64,000 nucleotides of DNA from Desulfatiglandales bacterium (lineage in GTDB: Bacteria; Desulfobacterota; DSM-4660; Desulfatiglandales; Desulfatiglandaceae). The position numbers and the translations under genes are program-made. The notes under the pieces are model-generated. The model worked only from the letters and a program-made list of their open reading frames with translations, ran no database searches and was not told where the DNA came from. The stretch spans positions 3,616,001-3,680,000 of the forward strand of contig OY759599.1 in NCBI GenBank assembly GCA_963662465.1, written 5' to 3'. This document shows positions 49,032 to 59,886 of the stretch, piece after piece. The first letter of the stretch is position 1. Every line of letters starts with the position of its first letter.

Positions 49032-51983
49032 TTAAAGTTCCGCGGCGACTTCTTCTATCAGATAAATTTCGAAAATATCGCCAGGTTTGATATCACCGAA
49101 ATTATCCAGACCAATACCGCATTCATACCCGGTCTGCACCTCTTTGACATCTTCCTTAAACCGCCTGAGAGATGAAACAACACCATCAAAAACAACCACA
49201 TCATCACGCAACAACCGTGCTTTGCCATTTCTTTCCACATGGCCGTCCGTAACATAACATCCGGCGATGGCGCCTATTTTAGGCACACGAAAAATCTCTC
49301 GCGCTTCCGCATGTCCAATCACCTTCTCTTTCAAAATCGGTTCCAAAAGACCGGTCATGGCCAAACGAACATCATTAATGGCGTTATAGATAACATCATA
49401 AAACCTGATATCGATATGCTCTTTCTCGGCAAGCGCCATGACGCGGGGATTGGCTCTCACATTGAACCCCAGGATAATAGCCTCTGAAGCGGAAGCCAGA
49501 GTGACATCCGATTCCGTGATGCCGCCGGTTCCCGAATGAATCACCCTAAGCTTTACGGCATCCGTACTCTGCTTGACCAGAGATTCGGCAAGGGCCTCCG
49601 CGGAACCCTGAACATCGGCCTTAAGGATGATATTCAACTCTTTTATGGCGCCCTCCTTAATCCTCTCATACAGATCTTCGAGGCTCACCAATCCCTTCTT
49701 TGATCCATCCTGTTTCCTGGATTTTTCTTTCCGATGTTCAATGATCTGTTTGGCGACTTTTTCGTCTTTCACCACCATAAACTCGTCGCCTGCCATGGGA
49801 ACGCCGGATATACCATGCAAAACAACGGGGACCGAGGGACCTGCCATGCCGATTTTGCGTCCCCTGCTATCCAGCATGGCCCGCACACGACCGAAATGCT
49901 CGCCGCAAACAAACTGATCGCCCTGATGAAGCGTACCATTTTGAATCAGGACCGTGGCCACCGGCCCGCGGCTCTTGTCCAATTCCGCCTCAACCACGGA
50001 TCCTCTTGCTTCCTTGTCAGGATTCCCCGACAATTCAAGCATTTCGGTCTGCAGCAAAATAAGCCCCAGAAGATCATCAATCCCGTCTCCCGTCTTGGCC
50101 GAAATCTGACCCAACAGGGTATCTCCCCCCCATTCCTCCGGCGCAAGATCCAATTCCGCCAACTCCCTCTTGACCCTGTCGGGATCAGCATTGGGCTTAT
50201 CCATTTTATTGATCGCCACAACAATTGGGATTCCCGCCGCTCGCGCATGATTAACGGCTTCCTTGGTCTGGGGCATGATCCCATCATCCGCCGCCACCAC
50301 CAAAACGATGATATCGGTAATCTTCGCTCCCCGAGCTCTCATGGCCGTAAATGCTTCATGACCCGGCGTATCCAGAAAAACGATATCACCGGCTTCACGT
50401 TTCACATAATAGGCGCCGATGTGTTGGGTGATGCCACCGGATTCCCCACCAATGATATTTGATTTTCGAATATAATCGAGCAGGGAAGTCTTACCGTGAT
50501 CCACATGCCCCATAATGGTCACAACCGGAGGTCTTGAAACAAGATCCTCAGGTAAATCTTCCACATCGGAAAAGAACTGCTCTTCTTTGAAAGAATCCAG
50601 TTCCAATTCAAAACCGAGTTCATCGGCAACCAGAGATGCCGTATCAAAGTCCAGGGATTGGTTAATGTTGGCCATTACACCCAACTTCATCAACCGTTTA
50701 AGCAATTCCGTGGCTTTGGTTCCCATGGCCTTTGCCAAATCCATAACAGTAACGGTTTCCTGAACCTTAAGCCTTCTTTTGATGGCCTTAGGGGTAGTAA
50801 TTTCCGTCTGTTTGAATTTTCGGGGGACTTCTCTGGCTTTCTTGCCGCCTTTTTTTCCCTTATGTTTCTTGCCGCGACCCTCATAGAGATCCGCCCTCTC
50901 GTAAACCTCCTTTTTTCGCCGTTTCGCGACGCCCCGTTTTAAAGCTTCGTCGTCTTGCTCTTTCTTCCAATCTTTCTTCTTTTTTGCAGGTTTCCCATCC
51001 ATCGACAAACCCTCGGGCACAGTGGGGGCCGGAGGTCGTTTGGGTGTGTCGAGAACCGTACCAGGAACCCGACGCTTTGGCTTTTCAGAAATAAGTTTTG
51101 CCTGTCTTCTTTCGGCTTTTTGAGCCAGGATATCCTTAAGAGGGCCCTCTTCCGGCGGGCTGATAATCTTGGCCGGTTTTTCGGATTTTCTTTTCTTGCC
51201 CTTCTTCGCCCTGACTTTGGGGGACTTCTCAGGTACTGGAGACTTCATTTCTGGAACCGCCGCCTTCTTTTTTTCAACAAGCATTTCTTTTTCAGAGAGT
51301 TCTATTGAAACCTCCGATTTTCGAGCAGGGGCATCTTCCTCGGAAACTTCAGATACCTCAACAACCGGTTCGGCAGGCGCCTCGGGGGCAACGTCAACCG
51401 TTTCCAATGGAATCTCCGGTTCCTGAACAAGAACACGTTCCTCGGGAATTTCAGATACCTCAACAACCGGTTCGGCAGGCGCCTTGGGGGCAGCGTCAAC
51501 CGTTTCCGATGGGGCTTCTTCATCAAAGACTTCCGGCGCCTCAACAAGGATTTCAACCGGCGCTTCGACCGTTTCAGCAGATACCGCAATTTCATTTTTT
51601 TCCGGCGTTCCCACTTTGCCCGCCTCTTCCGACGCCAAGGGGGAAGATCTTTCAATAACAGGGGTTTCCTGAATCGCTGGAGGGCTCGTTTCAGCGGACG
51701 GTTTTTCCTCGTTTATCGCCAATTCATCCTTCGTTTCAACGGATTCCTGCTCAGGCTGAACGACTTTTTTCCGTCTGCGAATAACCCTGGGCTTAACCCG
51801 TTTTTCAACCACCACTTCCGATACGGCGCCGGAAACAACCTTTCTAGCCTTTGAAACCGTTTCTTCGTCAAGGGTACTCATATAATTTTTAATGTCCAAT
51901 CCACCCGCATTGAGATCTTCCACAAGCTTTTTACTCTCTATTTTAAGTTCCCTTGCTAATTCATAAACCCTGATTTTAGCCAT
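49032..51983 (-). CDS. infB: Translation initiation factor IF-2
   Basis: [33 protein letters not shown]. Confidence 0.98.
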   Translation of the reverse strand: MAKIRVYELARELKIESKKLVEDLNAGGLDIKNYMSTLDEETVSKARKVVSGAVSEVVVEKRVKPRVIRRRKKVVQPEQESVETKDELAINEEKPSAETSPPAIQETPVIERSSPLASEEAGKVGTPEKNEIAVSAETVEAPVEILVEAPEVFDEEAPSETVDAAPKAPAEPVVEVSEIPEERVLVQEPEIPLETVDVAPEAPAEPVVEVSEVSEEDAPARKSEVSIELSEKEMLVEKKKAAVPEMKSPVPEKSPKVRAKKGKKRKSEKPAKIISPPEEGPLKDILAQKAERRQAKLISEKPKRRVPGTVLDTPKRPPAPTVPEGLSMDGKPAKKKKDWKKEQDDEALKRGVAKRRKKEVYERADLYEGRGKKHKGKKGGKKAREVPRKFKQTEITTPKAIKRRLKVQETVTVMDLAKAMGTKATELLKRLMKLGVMANINQSLDFDTASLVADELGFELELDSFKEEQFFSDVEDLPEDLVSRPPVVTIMGHVDHGKTSLLDYIRKSNIIGGESGGITQHIGAYYVKREAGDIVFLDTPGHEAFTAMRARGAKITDIIVLVVAADDGIMPQTKEAVNHARAAGIPIVVAINKMDKPNADPDRVKRELAELDLAPEEWGGDTLLGQISAKTGDGIDDLLGLILLQTEMLELSGNPDKEARGSVVEAELDKSRGPVATVLIQNGTLHQGDQFVCGEHFGRVRAMLDSRGRKIGMAGPSVPVVLHGISGVPMAGDEFMVVKDEKVAKQIIEHRKEKSRKQDGSKKGLVSLEDLYERIKEGAIKELNIILKADVQGSAEALAESLVKQSTDAVKLRVIHSGTGGITESDVTLASASEAIILGFNVRANPRVMALAEKEHIDIRFYDVIYNAINDVRLAMTGLLEPILKEKVIGHAEAREIFRVPKIGAIAGCYVTDGHVERNGKARLLRDDVVVFDGVVSSLRRFKEDVKEVQTGYECGIGLDNFGDIKPGDIFEIYLIEEVAAEL

Positions 51984-52076
51984 AAATTCCCCCAGAAATT
52001 GTTCAAAGTACCGGCGCCCCTTTCGCTCTTTTATGGGTAACCAAAACAGCGCTTCGTCGTCAATCAGGAAAATGAT

Positions 52077-52322
52077 TCACAAGAAAATAGGAACGGAAAC
52101 TTTCCGCCTGAAAGCCCTGCTCAGGCCCTTACCTGTTTTCAGTACGGACTGACAATCTTCATTCCCGCAAATGTAGGCGCCCCTGCCCTGTCCCTTTCCA
52201 CGGTCATCTCTGCCAACCAAGCCGTCGGGATCTAAAACCAACCGAACCAGTTCCCTTTTATTTCCTTTAGCCCCACAGCATATACATGTTCTGATGGGGA
52301 TGTGCCCCCGAGTCCTACCCAT
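52077..52322 (-). CDS. YlxR/DUF448 protein
   Basis: PIRTCICC, GRGAYIC; start at ATG 52322 overlapping the nusA end. Confidence 0.9.
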   Translation of the reverse strand: MGRTRGHIPIRTCICCGAKGNKRELVRLVLDPDGLVGRDDRGKGQGRGAYICGNEDCQSVLKTGKGLSRAFRRKVSVPIFL

Positions 52323-53703
52323 CAATCGAGGCTTTCGTTGCTGAAACCGTTTCATTTTCGACTTCTTGAGAATCTTCCACTTCCACTTCCATTGGCGCAT
52401 CATCTTCGACTTCTTGAGAATCTTCCACTTCCACTTCCGATTCCATTGGCGCATCATCATGATTTCGGTCACCGCGCAGATAGCGATTCGCCTCGGCTAT
52501 CAGCGTCTCCGCTTTCTCCTTGGTAATCCCTTTGACCGCCAGAAGATCTTCAACGGTTGAACCCGCCAGGTCATGAGCAGAACGAAAATCGGAATCATAC
52601 AAATCGGTAGCGCCTTTTTCACCCACACTCTCTAAATCCAACAGCGATTTATAACCATCCTTGAGTGCATCATTATATTTGGTTTCGCCGACAACATCCA
52701 ACCGCCATCCCGTCAATTTTGCCGCCAGTCGAACATTCTGTCCCCGTTTTCCAATGGCCAGGGACAACTGATCATCGGGAACCACAACTTCCATACTGTG
52801 GTTATCCTCATCCACAATGACACGGGTAATTTCAGCGGGCGCCAAAGCGTTGCATATAAATTTAGCCGAGTCAGGATCCCAGGTCACGATATCGATCTTC
52901 TCCCCACGCAATTCCTGAACCACAGCCTGAACCCGTCTCCCTTTCATGCCGACACATGCACCCACGGGATCCACGTCCGGATCCTTTGAACTGACCGCAA
53001 TTTTGGAACGCCCCCCAGGCTCACGGGCTACCTGCATGATCTGGACAATCCTTTCCGAAATCTCAGGCACCTCATTTTCAAACAGAATGGCCACAATATT
53101 GGGATGGGTTCTTGAAAGGATAATTTGAGGCCCCCGACTGATTTTTCTCACATCCAGAATATAGGCCCTGATGCGATCACCCTGTTTATAGGATTCCCTG
53201 GGAATCTGCTCCTTATGGGGCAATTCCGCTTCAGCACGCCCCAGATTGACAATAATGGCGCCCCTGTCAAACCGTTGAACGATCCCGTTGACGACTTCGC
53301 CCCGCCTGTCTTTAAAATCATCGTATACAATGTCTCGCTCCGCTTCTTTCAGCCGCTGCATGATCACCTGTTTGGCGGATTGAGCCGCGATCCTTCCGAA
53401 AGTGTCCGGATCCATTTTGATGCCCAGGCTGTCTCCGAGTTCGGTCTCCGCATCCAATTCAAGCGCTTCCTCAAGCGAGATTTGAAGGTGTTCATCTTCT
53501 ACTTTTTCAACGACTTCCTTAAATTCGAACGCCTCCACTTCCCCCATCTCGTCATTGTAGATGACCTCAAGATCATATTCCGTGCCGTGCTTTTTCCTGG
53601 CGGCCGCTTTTACCGCTTCCTCAAGCGCCCCGATTAAAACATCCTGACCAACACCCTTTTCACGGCTTACCTGGTCAAGCACCTTTTTTAAGTCAGAAAC
53701 CAT
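52315..53703 (-). CDS. nusA: Transcription factor NusA
   Basis: FGRIAAQSAKQ, DPVGACVG, AIGKRGQNVRLA. Confidence 0.98.
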   Translation of the reverse strand: MVSDLKKVLDQVSREKGVGQDVLIGALEEAVKAAARKKHGTEYDLEVIYNDEMGEVEAFEFKEVVEKVEDEHLQISLEEALELDAETELGDSLGIKMDPDTFGRIAAQSAKQVIMQRLKEAERDIVYDDFKDRRGEVVNGIVQRFDRGAIIVNLGRAEAELPHKEQIPRESYKQGDRIRAYILDVRKISRGPQIILSRTHPNIVAILFENEVPEISERIVQIMQVAREPGGRSKIAVSSKDPDVDPVGACVGMKGRRVQAVVQELRGEKIDIVTWDPDSAKFICNALAPAEITRVIVDEDNHSMEVVVPDDQLSLAIGKRGQNVRLAAKLTGWRLDVVGETKYNDALKDGYKSLLDLESVGEKGATDLYDSDFRSAHDLAGSTVEDLLAVKGITKEKAETLIAEANRYLRGDRNHDDAPMESEVEVEDSQEVEDDAPMEVEVEDSQEVENETVSATKASIDG

Positions 53704-53733
53704 TCCCTTGCTCCACCCAAAAGTTGAATTTCT

Positions 53734-54231
53734 CTAATCTCCGAAATCGAATACCAGATTGGCCTTACCCACATCCTCCCTGGAAATCGGAATAACGGCA
53801 TCGTCCAATTCGAGTTGTAGCACGCCACCTTCAAAAGATTGCAGAACCCCCGAAAAATTTCTACGGCCCTTCACGGGGACAACCGTTTTGACCTTGATCT
53901 TCCGTCCAACGGCACAAAGAAAATCTTTTTCCCTTTTGAGAGGTCTATTGAGGCCGGGGGAAGACACCTCAAGAACATAGCGCTCCGGAAGCAAGTCTTT
54001 TACATCAAGGAGATTTCCGATTTCCCGACTGACCATGGCGCAGTCATCCAGATTAATGCCGGTCGGCCGATCCGCATAGACCCGGAGTATCCGTCTGTTT
54101 TGCTCGGAAAGGTACTCAATATCCACCAGCTCAATCCCCATTTCCTCAAGAGCCGGTTCAATAAGCCGCTCTATCGCTTCCAACACGGATTCGGCCATTT
54201 CTGGTTCCTTCGTTACCTCAACTTTTCCCAT
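53734..54231 (-). CDS. rimP: Ribosome maturation factor RimP
   Basis: LDDC..VSR, LEVSSPGLNRPL; start may be 54198. Confidence 0.95.
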   Translation of the reverse strand: MGKVEVTKEPEMAESVLEAIERLIEPALEEMGIELVDIEYLSEQNRRILRVYADRPTGINLDDCAMVSREIGNLLDVKDLLPERYVLEVSSPGLNRPLKREKDFLCAVGRKIKVKTVVPVKGRRNFSGVLQSFEGGVLQLELDDAVIPISREDVGKANLVFDFGD

Positions 54232-54258
54232 TCATTTCGATATTTCGGGGCCTAAAAC

Positions 54259-54285
54259 CAAGAAAGCGGACCATATGGCCCGCTC
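54259..54285 (-). promoter_or_regulatory. rimP-leader hairpin
   Basis: Minus strand GAGCGGGCC-ATAT-GGTCCGCT-TTCTT just upstream of rimP, like the conserved rimP leader terminator. Confidence 0.6.
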
Positions 54286-54462
54286 CCCCCGTGCAGACAA
54301 AATTGTAAGGCGCCTGATTACATAAACCTTCTCCGGTAACTTAAGGAATCATGAAACACCAACGCCGCGTCCGCAATTTAAAGTAAACCAATCACACTGA
54401 GTATCCGATTGACAACCTTAAAAAGGGGGAATCAGGATCGATTAATTTTCTCAACCATAATA

Positions 54463-54538
54463 TGGAGCGGGCAACGGGGGTCGAACCCGCGACACCAAGC
54501 TTGGGAAGCTTGTACTCTACCAACTGAGCTATGCCCGC
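54463..54538 (-). tRNA. tRNA-Gly(CCC)
   Basis: GCGGGCATAGCTCAGTTGGTAGAG...CAAGC-TTCCCAA-GCTTG...GGTTCGACCC...GCCCGCTCCA, 76 nt with encoded CCA. Confidence 0.97.
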
Positions 54539-54670
54539 ATAGATATTCCTGATCCGAAGGATGCACCCGCAGTAAAGGATACACCCCGTAATTTGATAGA
54601 TTTAACTTAAGGGAATTATAAAGTCAAGCAATATTTTATTTTTTTGATTTATACAGTGGACCAAAAATTC

Positions 54671-54699
54671 TTGACATTGTCAAGGGATGTGCATACTAT
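54671..54699 (+). promoter_or_regulatory. Putative sigma70 promoter of corC-lnt
   Basis: TTGACA-17 nt-TACTAT; the -35 sits in a palindrome CTTGACA-T-TGTCAAG. Confidence 0.6.
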
Positions 54700-54778
54700 T
54701 TTTGGTTATGCACGGTCGGGTATTGAGATGCATTTCAACCCGTACCATAACAACCCAAATCAGGAGAAAATAACATCC

Positions 54779-55663
54779 TTGGAAGATGACCCCGAAAGAG
54801 GATTTTTAAGCTTCATTAAATCTTTTTTCAAACGAAAAAACCACCTCGACAACTGCAATGATCTTACCGAAGGAATCCATGATCTCATGGATGAGGGGCA
54901 GGCAAAGGGCCTTATCACTGATGAAGAGTCCCACATGGTTTATGGCGTACTGGATCTGAAAGAAACAACGGCTCACGCCATCATGGTTCCGCGGACAGAG
55001 ATTTCATCTGCTTCGGCGAATTTCACCCTTGGAGAAATGATCGATCTGGTCACAGAATGCGGCCACACCCGAATTCCCATCCATAAAGACGACATCGACC
55101 ATGTAGTGGGCGTTCTCCATGCCAAGGACCTGTTGCGGCTTCTCGGCATGGCGCCCGATTCCAAAATTCCATTTGATATCTTCAGAAAACCATTTTTTGT
55201 TCCCGAGAACCGAAAAATCAGCGAATTATTGAAAGACCTTCAGGAACAAAGGACCCATTTGGCTGTGGTAACCGACGAATACGGCGGTACGGCAGGCATC
55301 ATTACCACCGAAGACATCCTGGAAGAAATCGTCGGCGAGATTCTGGACGAACATGACCATGAAGAACCCCTTTTTTCCGTCCTCGAAGACGGCGCTTTCA
55401 TGGTGGATGCACGACTGGACGTGGAAAAACTGGAAGAGCAACTCAAGGTGACCCTGCCAAGCGGAGACTTCGAGTCCGTGGGCGGTTTCATTATTCACCT
55501 CCTGGGGACAATACCAAAAATCGGTGAAAAGATATCGTTTGGAAACTTTGAAATGACCATTCAAAAAGGTAATCAACGAAAAATCGAAAAAGTCTTGATT
55601 TCACCGAAAAAAGGCGCCGAATTAAATTCCGCCGGCCTTGCCTCAACTTCAGGGCTCGCCTAG
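54779..55663 (+). CDS. corC: CBS-pair/CorC-HlyC domain protein
   Basis: IMVPR, GHTRIP, DEYGGTAG, EDILEEIVGEI.DE.D; TTG start at 54779 behind AGGAG. Confidence 0.88.
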   Translation: MEDDPERGFLSFIKSFFKRKNHLDNCNDLTEGIHDLMDEGQAKGLITDEESHMVYGVLDLKETTAHAIMVPRTEISSASANFTLGEMIDLVTECGHTRIPIHKDDIDHVVGVLHAKDLLRLLGMAPDSKIPFDIFRKPFFVPENRKISELLKDLQEQRTHLAVVTDEYGGTAGIITTEDILEEIVGEILDEHDHEEPLFSVLEDGAFMVDARLDVEKLEEQLKVTLPSGDFESVGGFIIHLLGTIPKIGEKISFGNFEMTIQKGNQRKIEKVLISPKKGAELNSAGLASTSGLA

Positions 55664-55674
55664 GCCATTTTTCC

Positions 55675-57234
55675 ATGACGCCGACAACAAAGCAAACGCC
55701 TCTTTCCCTTCGAAACCTGCTGGCAGCTATTCTTTCAGGCATTCTGTTGACGGCGTCATTTCCACCCGGAAACCTCTCATTTCTCGCATGGGTTGCCCTC
55801 GTTCCCCTGCTCATATCCATTCGAAACGCACCCTCAGCCAAGGCATTCAAATTGGGGCTCATTGCGGGCTTTTTCCATTACATCACCCTTTTGTACTGGA
55901 TCATTGTTGTCCTTGGGCAATACGGGAATCTCTCCCTGCCCGTGAGCCTTTTAGCGCTCCTGCTTCTCGGGCTCTTCCTGGCCCTGTATCCGGCCCTGTT
56001 TTCCTGTCTCGTTTCCCGACTGAGCCAAGCGAATTTCTCCGTCTTTTTCATGGCGGCTTTCTGGGTTTGTCTGGAATATGCAAGGGCCCATCTTGTCACG
56101 GGATTTCCCTGGTGTTTATTGGGCTACAGCCAGCACCAACACCTTGCCGTGATTCAGATCGCCAACCTCGTCGGAGTATATGGAATTTCCTTTCTGATCG
56201 TTCTGGTCAATGGACTGCTCTGCCACTCATTTTTCAGACATAAGGAAAACAATGACCCCTATCTAAAATGGGAATGGCTCTTTGTGATCCTGTTCACGGC
56301 GGGGGCATTGACCTATGGGTTCCATCAGCTTTCAGAAAAAAAGACCCGGAACCAAAAAGCCCCGCACGTCAATGTTGCCGTCGTACAGGCCAATATCGAT
56401 CAGTCCGTCAAATGGAAAGCCGCATATCAATTGCGGACCATCGCCACCTATTTCAGGCTCAGCCGCTCGGTCGGTCATTCAAAACCGGCATTGATCGTAT
56501 GGCCCGAAACGGCTTTGCCCTTTTTCTTTCAGGACGCACCCGGGTTCTTGCCTGAAATAACGAGCCTTTCCCAAGAACTGGGCGCTGCTCTCGTTTTCGG
56601 CAGCCCCGCCTATCAGCGAACCAACGGAAAAATCAGTTACTACAACCGGGCCTACATGATCAGCCCCGGGCTTGGGTCCATCCCATATTATGACAAACGA
56701 CATCTGGTGCCTTTCGGGGAGTATGTCCCTTTAAAACAGTATCTGCCCTTTATCAATCACCTGGTTCAAGCCGCCGGAAATTTTGTCCCAGGGGAGCCGC
56801 AAGGCCCCCTCAAGGACAAGGATCTCTCCCTGGGCGTCCTCATCTGTTTTGAAGCCATTTTTCCCGAACTGGCCAGGGACCTTTCAAGGGAAGGCGCCAA
56901 TCTCCTGGTCAATATCACCAACGACGCCTGGTTCGGCAGCACCAGCGCCCCTTATCAGCATTTGGGCATGGCGGTATTCCGATGTGTGGAAACCGGCATT
57001 CCCATGGTCCGAGCCGCCAACACCGGCTTCAGCGCCTTTATCGGGTCCGACGGCGCCATTCTTTCAAGAAGCGACCTCTTTGAGGAAGCGGTGTTGGATC
57101 GATCTGTTCCTGTTCTGCCCCCAATACCTACCTTCTATACCCGTTTTGGAGACCTGTTTGTCGGTGGGCTGATGCTTGTTTCCCTGCTGGGACTTTTTTG
57201 CGCCTTTCGAAAACGGCGGGAATACTTGCGTTAA
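55675..57234 (+). CDS. lnt: Apolipoprotein N-acyltransferase
   Basis: GFPW, WPETA, KRHLVPFGEY, ICFE, TNDAWFG, RAANTG. Confidence 0.96.
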   Translation: MTPTTKQTPLSLRNLLAAILSGILLTASFPPGNLSFLAWVALVPLLISIRNAPSAKAFKLGLIAGFFHYITLLYWIIVVLGQYGNLSLPVSLLALLLLGLFLALYPALFSCLVSRLSQANFSVFFMAAFWVCLEYARAHLVTGFPWCLLGYSQHQHLAVIQIANLVGVYGISFLIVLVNGLLCHSFFRHKENNDPYLKWEWLFVILFTAGALTYGFHQLSEKKTRNQKAPHVNVAVVQANIDQSVKWKAAYQLRTIATYFRLSRSVGHSKPALIVWPETALPFFFQDAPGFLPEITSLSQELGAALVFGSPAYQRTNGKISYYNRAYMISPGLGSIPYYDKRHLVPFGEYVPLKQYLPFINHLVQAAGNFVPGEPQGPLKDKDLSLGVLICFEAIFPELARDLSREGANLLVNITNDAWFGSTSAPYQHLGMAVFRCVETGIPMVRAANTGFSAFIGSDGAILSRSDLFEEAVLDRSVPVLPPIPTFYTRFGDLFVGGLMLVSLLGLFCAFRKRREYLR

Positions 57235-57288
57235 TCGCGCTTTTTCACGTCGCTCACATTCGCGCCAACCCTGAACAACATCTTGGTT

Positions 57289-57699
57289 TCAGGCCAGTTG
57301 TTTGCCCGCCCCCGGCCCGGGCGAGACGCCGTATATCTCCTCAACATTTATGAGGATCGCACCCTTGGACTTCAGTGGGAACCCGATCTTGTTTCCCAGG
57401 TCCTCGATCCAGGCGGCCGTCTCCTCGAAACGGTCGCCTTTTGTTTCGATGGTAACCGTTCCTTTCAACTGGTAGCCCTCTGTCCCTTCCCAAAATGTGA
57501 CGGCTACTTTAGGGTTGGCCTTTATGTTGGCCAAAGTCTTGTTCATGAACTGGTCCGAGAAAAGGATGGTGTTGTCGTCGAGGATCTTCTTGGAACCGAT
57601 AGGCACGCCGTTAGGCGTCCCGTCCGGAGTCGCGGTGGTCAGCACTACGATTGGAACTTTGTCAAACAGCTCTTTCATACGCTTGGTCATTTCAGCCAT
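57289..57699 (-). CDS. Pyridoxamine 5'-phosphate oxidase-like FMN-binding protein
   Basis: DGTPN.VP, KTLANIKANPKV, GYQLKG, PGPGAG. Confidence 0.88.
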   Translation of the reverse strand: MAEMTKRMKELFDKVPIVVLTTATPDGTPNGVPIGSKKILDDNTILFSDQFMNKTLANIKANPKVAVTFWEGTEGYQLKGTVTIETKGDRFEETAAWIEDLGNKIGFPLKSKGAILINVEEIYGVSPGPGAGKQLA

Positions 57700-57761
57700 T
57701 GTCTTTAACTCCTTTGTTTAGGGTTGTCTCTTCCTCTGACATCATACTACCAAGTGTAAAA

Positions 57762-58559
57762 TCAGAGAGTCGGTCCGAGCAGCCGTTCGACTTTAACGTT
57801 CATATTTAGCAGGTCCACCGGATTGCCGAATTGTGTGTAGATGGCAACGTCGGCCGCGTCGCGGCCAAAAGCGATGGAGACACGACCTCCTTGCAGATCG
57901 GCTTGTGTGGAATCGAACGTGTACCACCGATTTCCAACATAAGCCTCGAACCAAGCGTGCAAATCCATCGGTTCAAGCGCCTCAAGGTAGCCCACTACCA
58001 TGCGAGATGGTATCGATAGTGCTCGACAACAAGCAATACCCAAGTGGGCCATGTCCCTGCATACTCCGCGCCCCAACTGGTTTAGCTCGGAGGCACTGAT
58101 AATCTGCTGTCCAACGCCAGGTGTGTATCGTATCGAGTTGCGGATATAGTCAACGATGGCATTACATTGATCGTAGCCTGAGGCCCAGCCCTTCGTGAGC
58201 GATGCTGCCATTTCAGTGAAACGATCCGATTCACAATACCGGCTTGGATACAGGAAAGGCAGGGTTTCATTGGGCAACTGCTGCACTTCGACAAACGGCG
58301 CCCCAGGGGCCGTGTCAGCTGCGTCCGCGGTTTCAATTTCAACGGATGTACGCACTGAAAAATACCCGGCTGGTGCAACCAGCCTCTGACACAGGTTGCC
58401 AAACGAGTCTGTGAACTCGACCGCAGGTACGCTGGGCAACAAAACGTACTCTTCGCGTGCGATCCACTGCTGCCACCCACTCCGGGGGCGCAACATGAGC
58501 AAAAAAGGAGTTTGAACCGGAATATTGAATTCAAGAAAGCAGGATGCGTTTAACCACAT
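57762..58559 (-). CDS. Transglutaminase-like protein
   Basis: [33 protein letters not shown]. Confidence 0.92.
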   Translation of the reverse strand: MWLNASCFLEFNIPVQTPFLLMLRPRSGWQQWIAREEYVLLPSVPAVEFTDSFGNLCQRLVAPAGYFSVRTSVEIETADAADTAPGAPFVEVQQLPNETLPFLYPSRYCESDRFTEMAASLTKGWASGYDQCNAIVDYIRNSIRYTPGVGQQIISASELNQLGRGVCRDMAHLGIACCRALSIPSRMVVGYLEALEPMDLHAWFEAYVGNRWYTFDSTQADLQGGRVSIAFGRDAADVAIYTQFGNPVDLLNMNVKVERLLGPTL

Positions 58560-58689
58560 GATAATCCTTCACTAATTGAAGTGCAGCGTTCATATCCCCC
58601 GGTGTCCTAAAGTGAAGATGGGGACATTCTTAAATGATCAAATATCTACAAATCGGAATAAAGTTATTTTACAATTTAAGGACGTCCTA

Positions 58690-58890
58690 TCAACAGCACA
58701 GCCTGGATTCTCGTTCCGTCCAGCTTCGTACGCCGGTTACCCGGTTTGCACGTGGACTTCACTACCGAGCGGGTGGCTAACCTTTGCTCGGGTGGGACTT
58801 TCGCTTTCCGCGATCACCCACTGGATAACAATAACCAATTTCATCCCGATTTACGCGGGTTCCCAAGATTTCGGGCTTACCTCGGCGCGA
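58690..58890 (-). mobile_element. 5' fragment of a group II intron-like ribozyme (no RT ORF, no 3' domains)
   Basis: Minus strand TCGCGCC.AGGTAAGC...GGGTG...AAAGTCCCACCCGAGCAAAGGTTAGCCACCCGCTCGGTAGTGA...GTAACC...CGAAGC resembles domain I of bacterial group II introns. Confidence 0.6.
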
Positions 58891-58901
58891 GCAGCGCTTG
58901 G

Positions 58902-59150
58902 TTATGAAACCGGTTGCCCATTACTCCATAGTTCATATTCACTGAGATCAATATTGCTATCCCATGCCACTGCATACCCGCCTTGCTCTACTTTAACAGA
59001 TTTGAAAAAGGCACCGTTTTTTAGAGGAAAGAACATCTCCTTTTTCAGCAATGGCGTAATGTCATATTTCTTCTTTTCCTTATTGTCAAACTCAAGTAAT
59101 AACGTGCGACTATCAATCGCTGAAGCCGATAGTATTTTTGGATATTTCAT
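58902..59150 (-). CDS. DUF2442 protein (putative antitoxin)
   Basis: LLLEFDN...YDI..LL...F.PL....FF..V......V.W...DL. Confidence 0.85.
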   Translation of the reverse strand: MKYPKILSASAIDSRTLLLEFDNKEKKKYDITPLLKKEMFFPLKNGAFFKSVKVEQGGYAVAWDSNIDLSEYELWSNGQPVS

Positions 59151-59155
59151 TTTTT

Positions 59156-59404
59156 TTACTCCAAAGGTGGGAGTTTACGAAATTCCTGGGTTTCCCACAT
59201 ATGCTTTAATTCTAACTTGTTTATATTTGCCCATTCAGAAACCAGTTTTTTCGCTCGGTTTGGCAAATCACCCTCTATCATTTGGAGAGTATCGATACTG
59301 AACAACCCAATATTTTCACCATAAACTGCATGAAAATGTGGTGGAGGATGGTCGCCAAAAAACAGTTTGATAACAATTCCATAAAACCTTGCTATTTCAG
59401 GCAT
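59156..59404 (-). CDS. DUF4160 protein (putative toxin)
   Basis: MPEIARFYGIVI...DH.PPHFHA.Y...G.LP...W...PL. Confidence 0.9.
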   Translation of the reverse strand: MPEIARFYGIVIKLFFGDHPPPHFHAVYGENIGLFSIDTLQMIEGDLPNRAKKLVSEWANINKLELKHMWETQEFRKLPPLE

Positions 59405-59482
59405 GTTTGTTTCCTTTCAGAAGCCATGTCATCATAAAAGACTATGTGGTGTAACTTTTTTTGCGTTCATGCCAGCAACAGA

Positions 59483-59850
59483 TTAGAGTTCTTCTTTTTT
59501 CTTGCCTTTATTGACGCTTTTGCTGCTTGTTCGTAAATAGATGTTTCCCATGAGTCAGGGAGCTTTATTCCGTATTCATAACGACCCACTAAGGTGCGCC
59601 GCTTTATGGCTTGAGCAGTCTAATACGATAAATACGTCACCGTCTATTTGATAATCAGCAGTCCATTCAATCTTAAAGTTTTCATCAGTTTCATCGATAT
59701 AAACGGATTGTGGCTCACCTTCTTTTGCCAAACAGAGCGCTAACCCATCTCCAGGATCAAGCACCCAAGTGAGGAGCCGATGCGGCTTTGTAAAATCATG
59801 CTTCGCTGATGCACCAACGTTCCAAAAATAGAAAAAATAGAATAAAACGT
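59483..59850 (-). pseudogene. Truncated, frameshifted hypothetical gene fragment
   Basis: AT-rich; ...WVLDPGDGL...FIVLDCSSH continues in another frame as KRRTLVGRYEYG...KKEEL*; no clear start. Confidence 0.35.
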
Positions 59851-59886
59851 GACCCTTTCCATACAACAATCGCCGGACCACCAACC

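Noticed and set aside
54463..54538. tRNA-Gly as an island integration site
   Set aside because: No integrase nearby and no duplicated tRNA 3' end noticed
58576..59301. 241-aa plus-strand ORF
   Set aside because: Antisense to the TA pair and intron-like fragment; no recognisable protein features
58901..59582. Intact integron cassette bounded by GTTATGAA/TTCATAAC
   Set aside because: The right-hand site appears to fall inside coding sequence (VGRYEY) and no full attC hairpin is visible; may be chance
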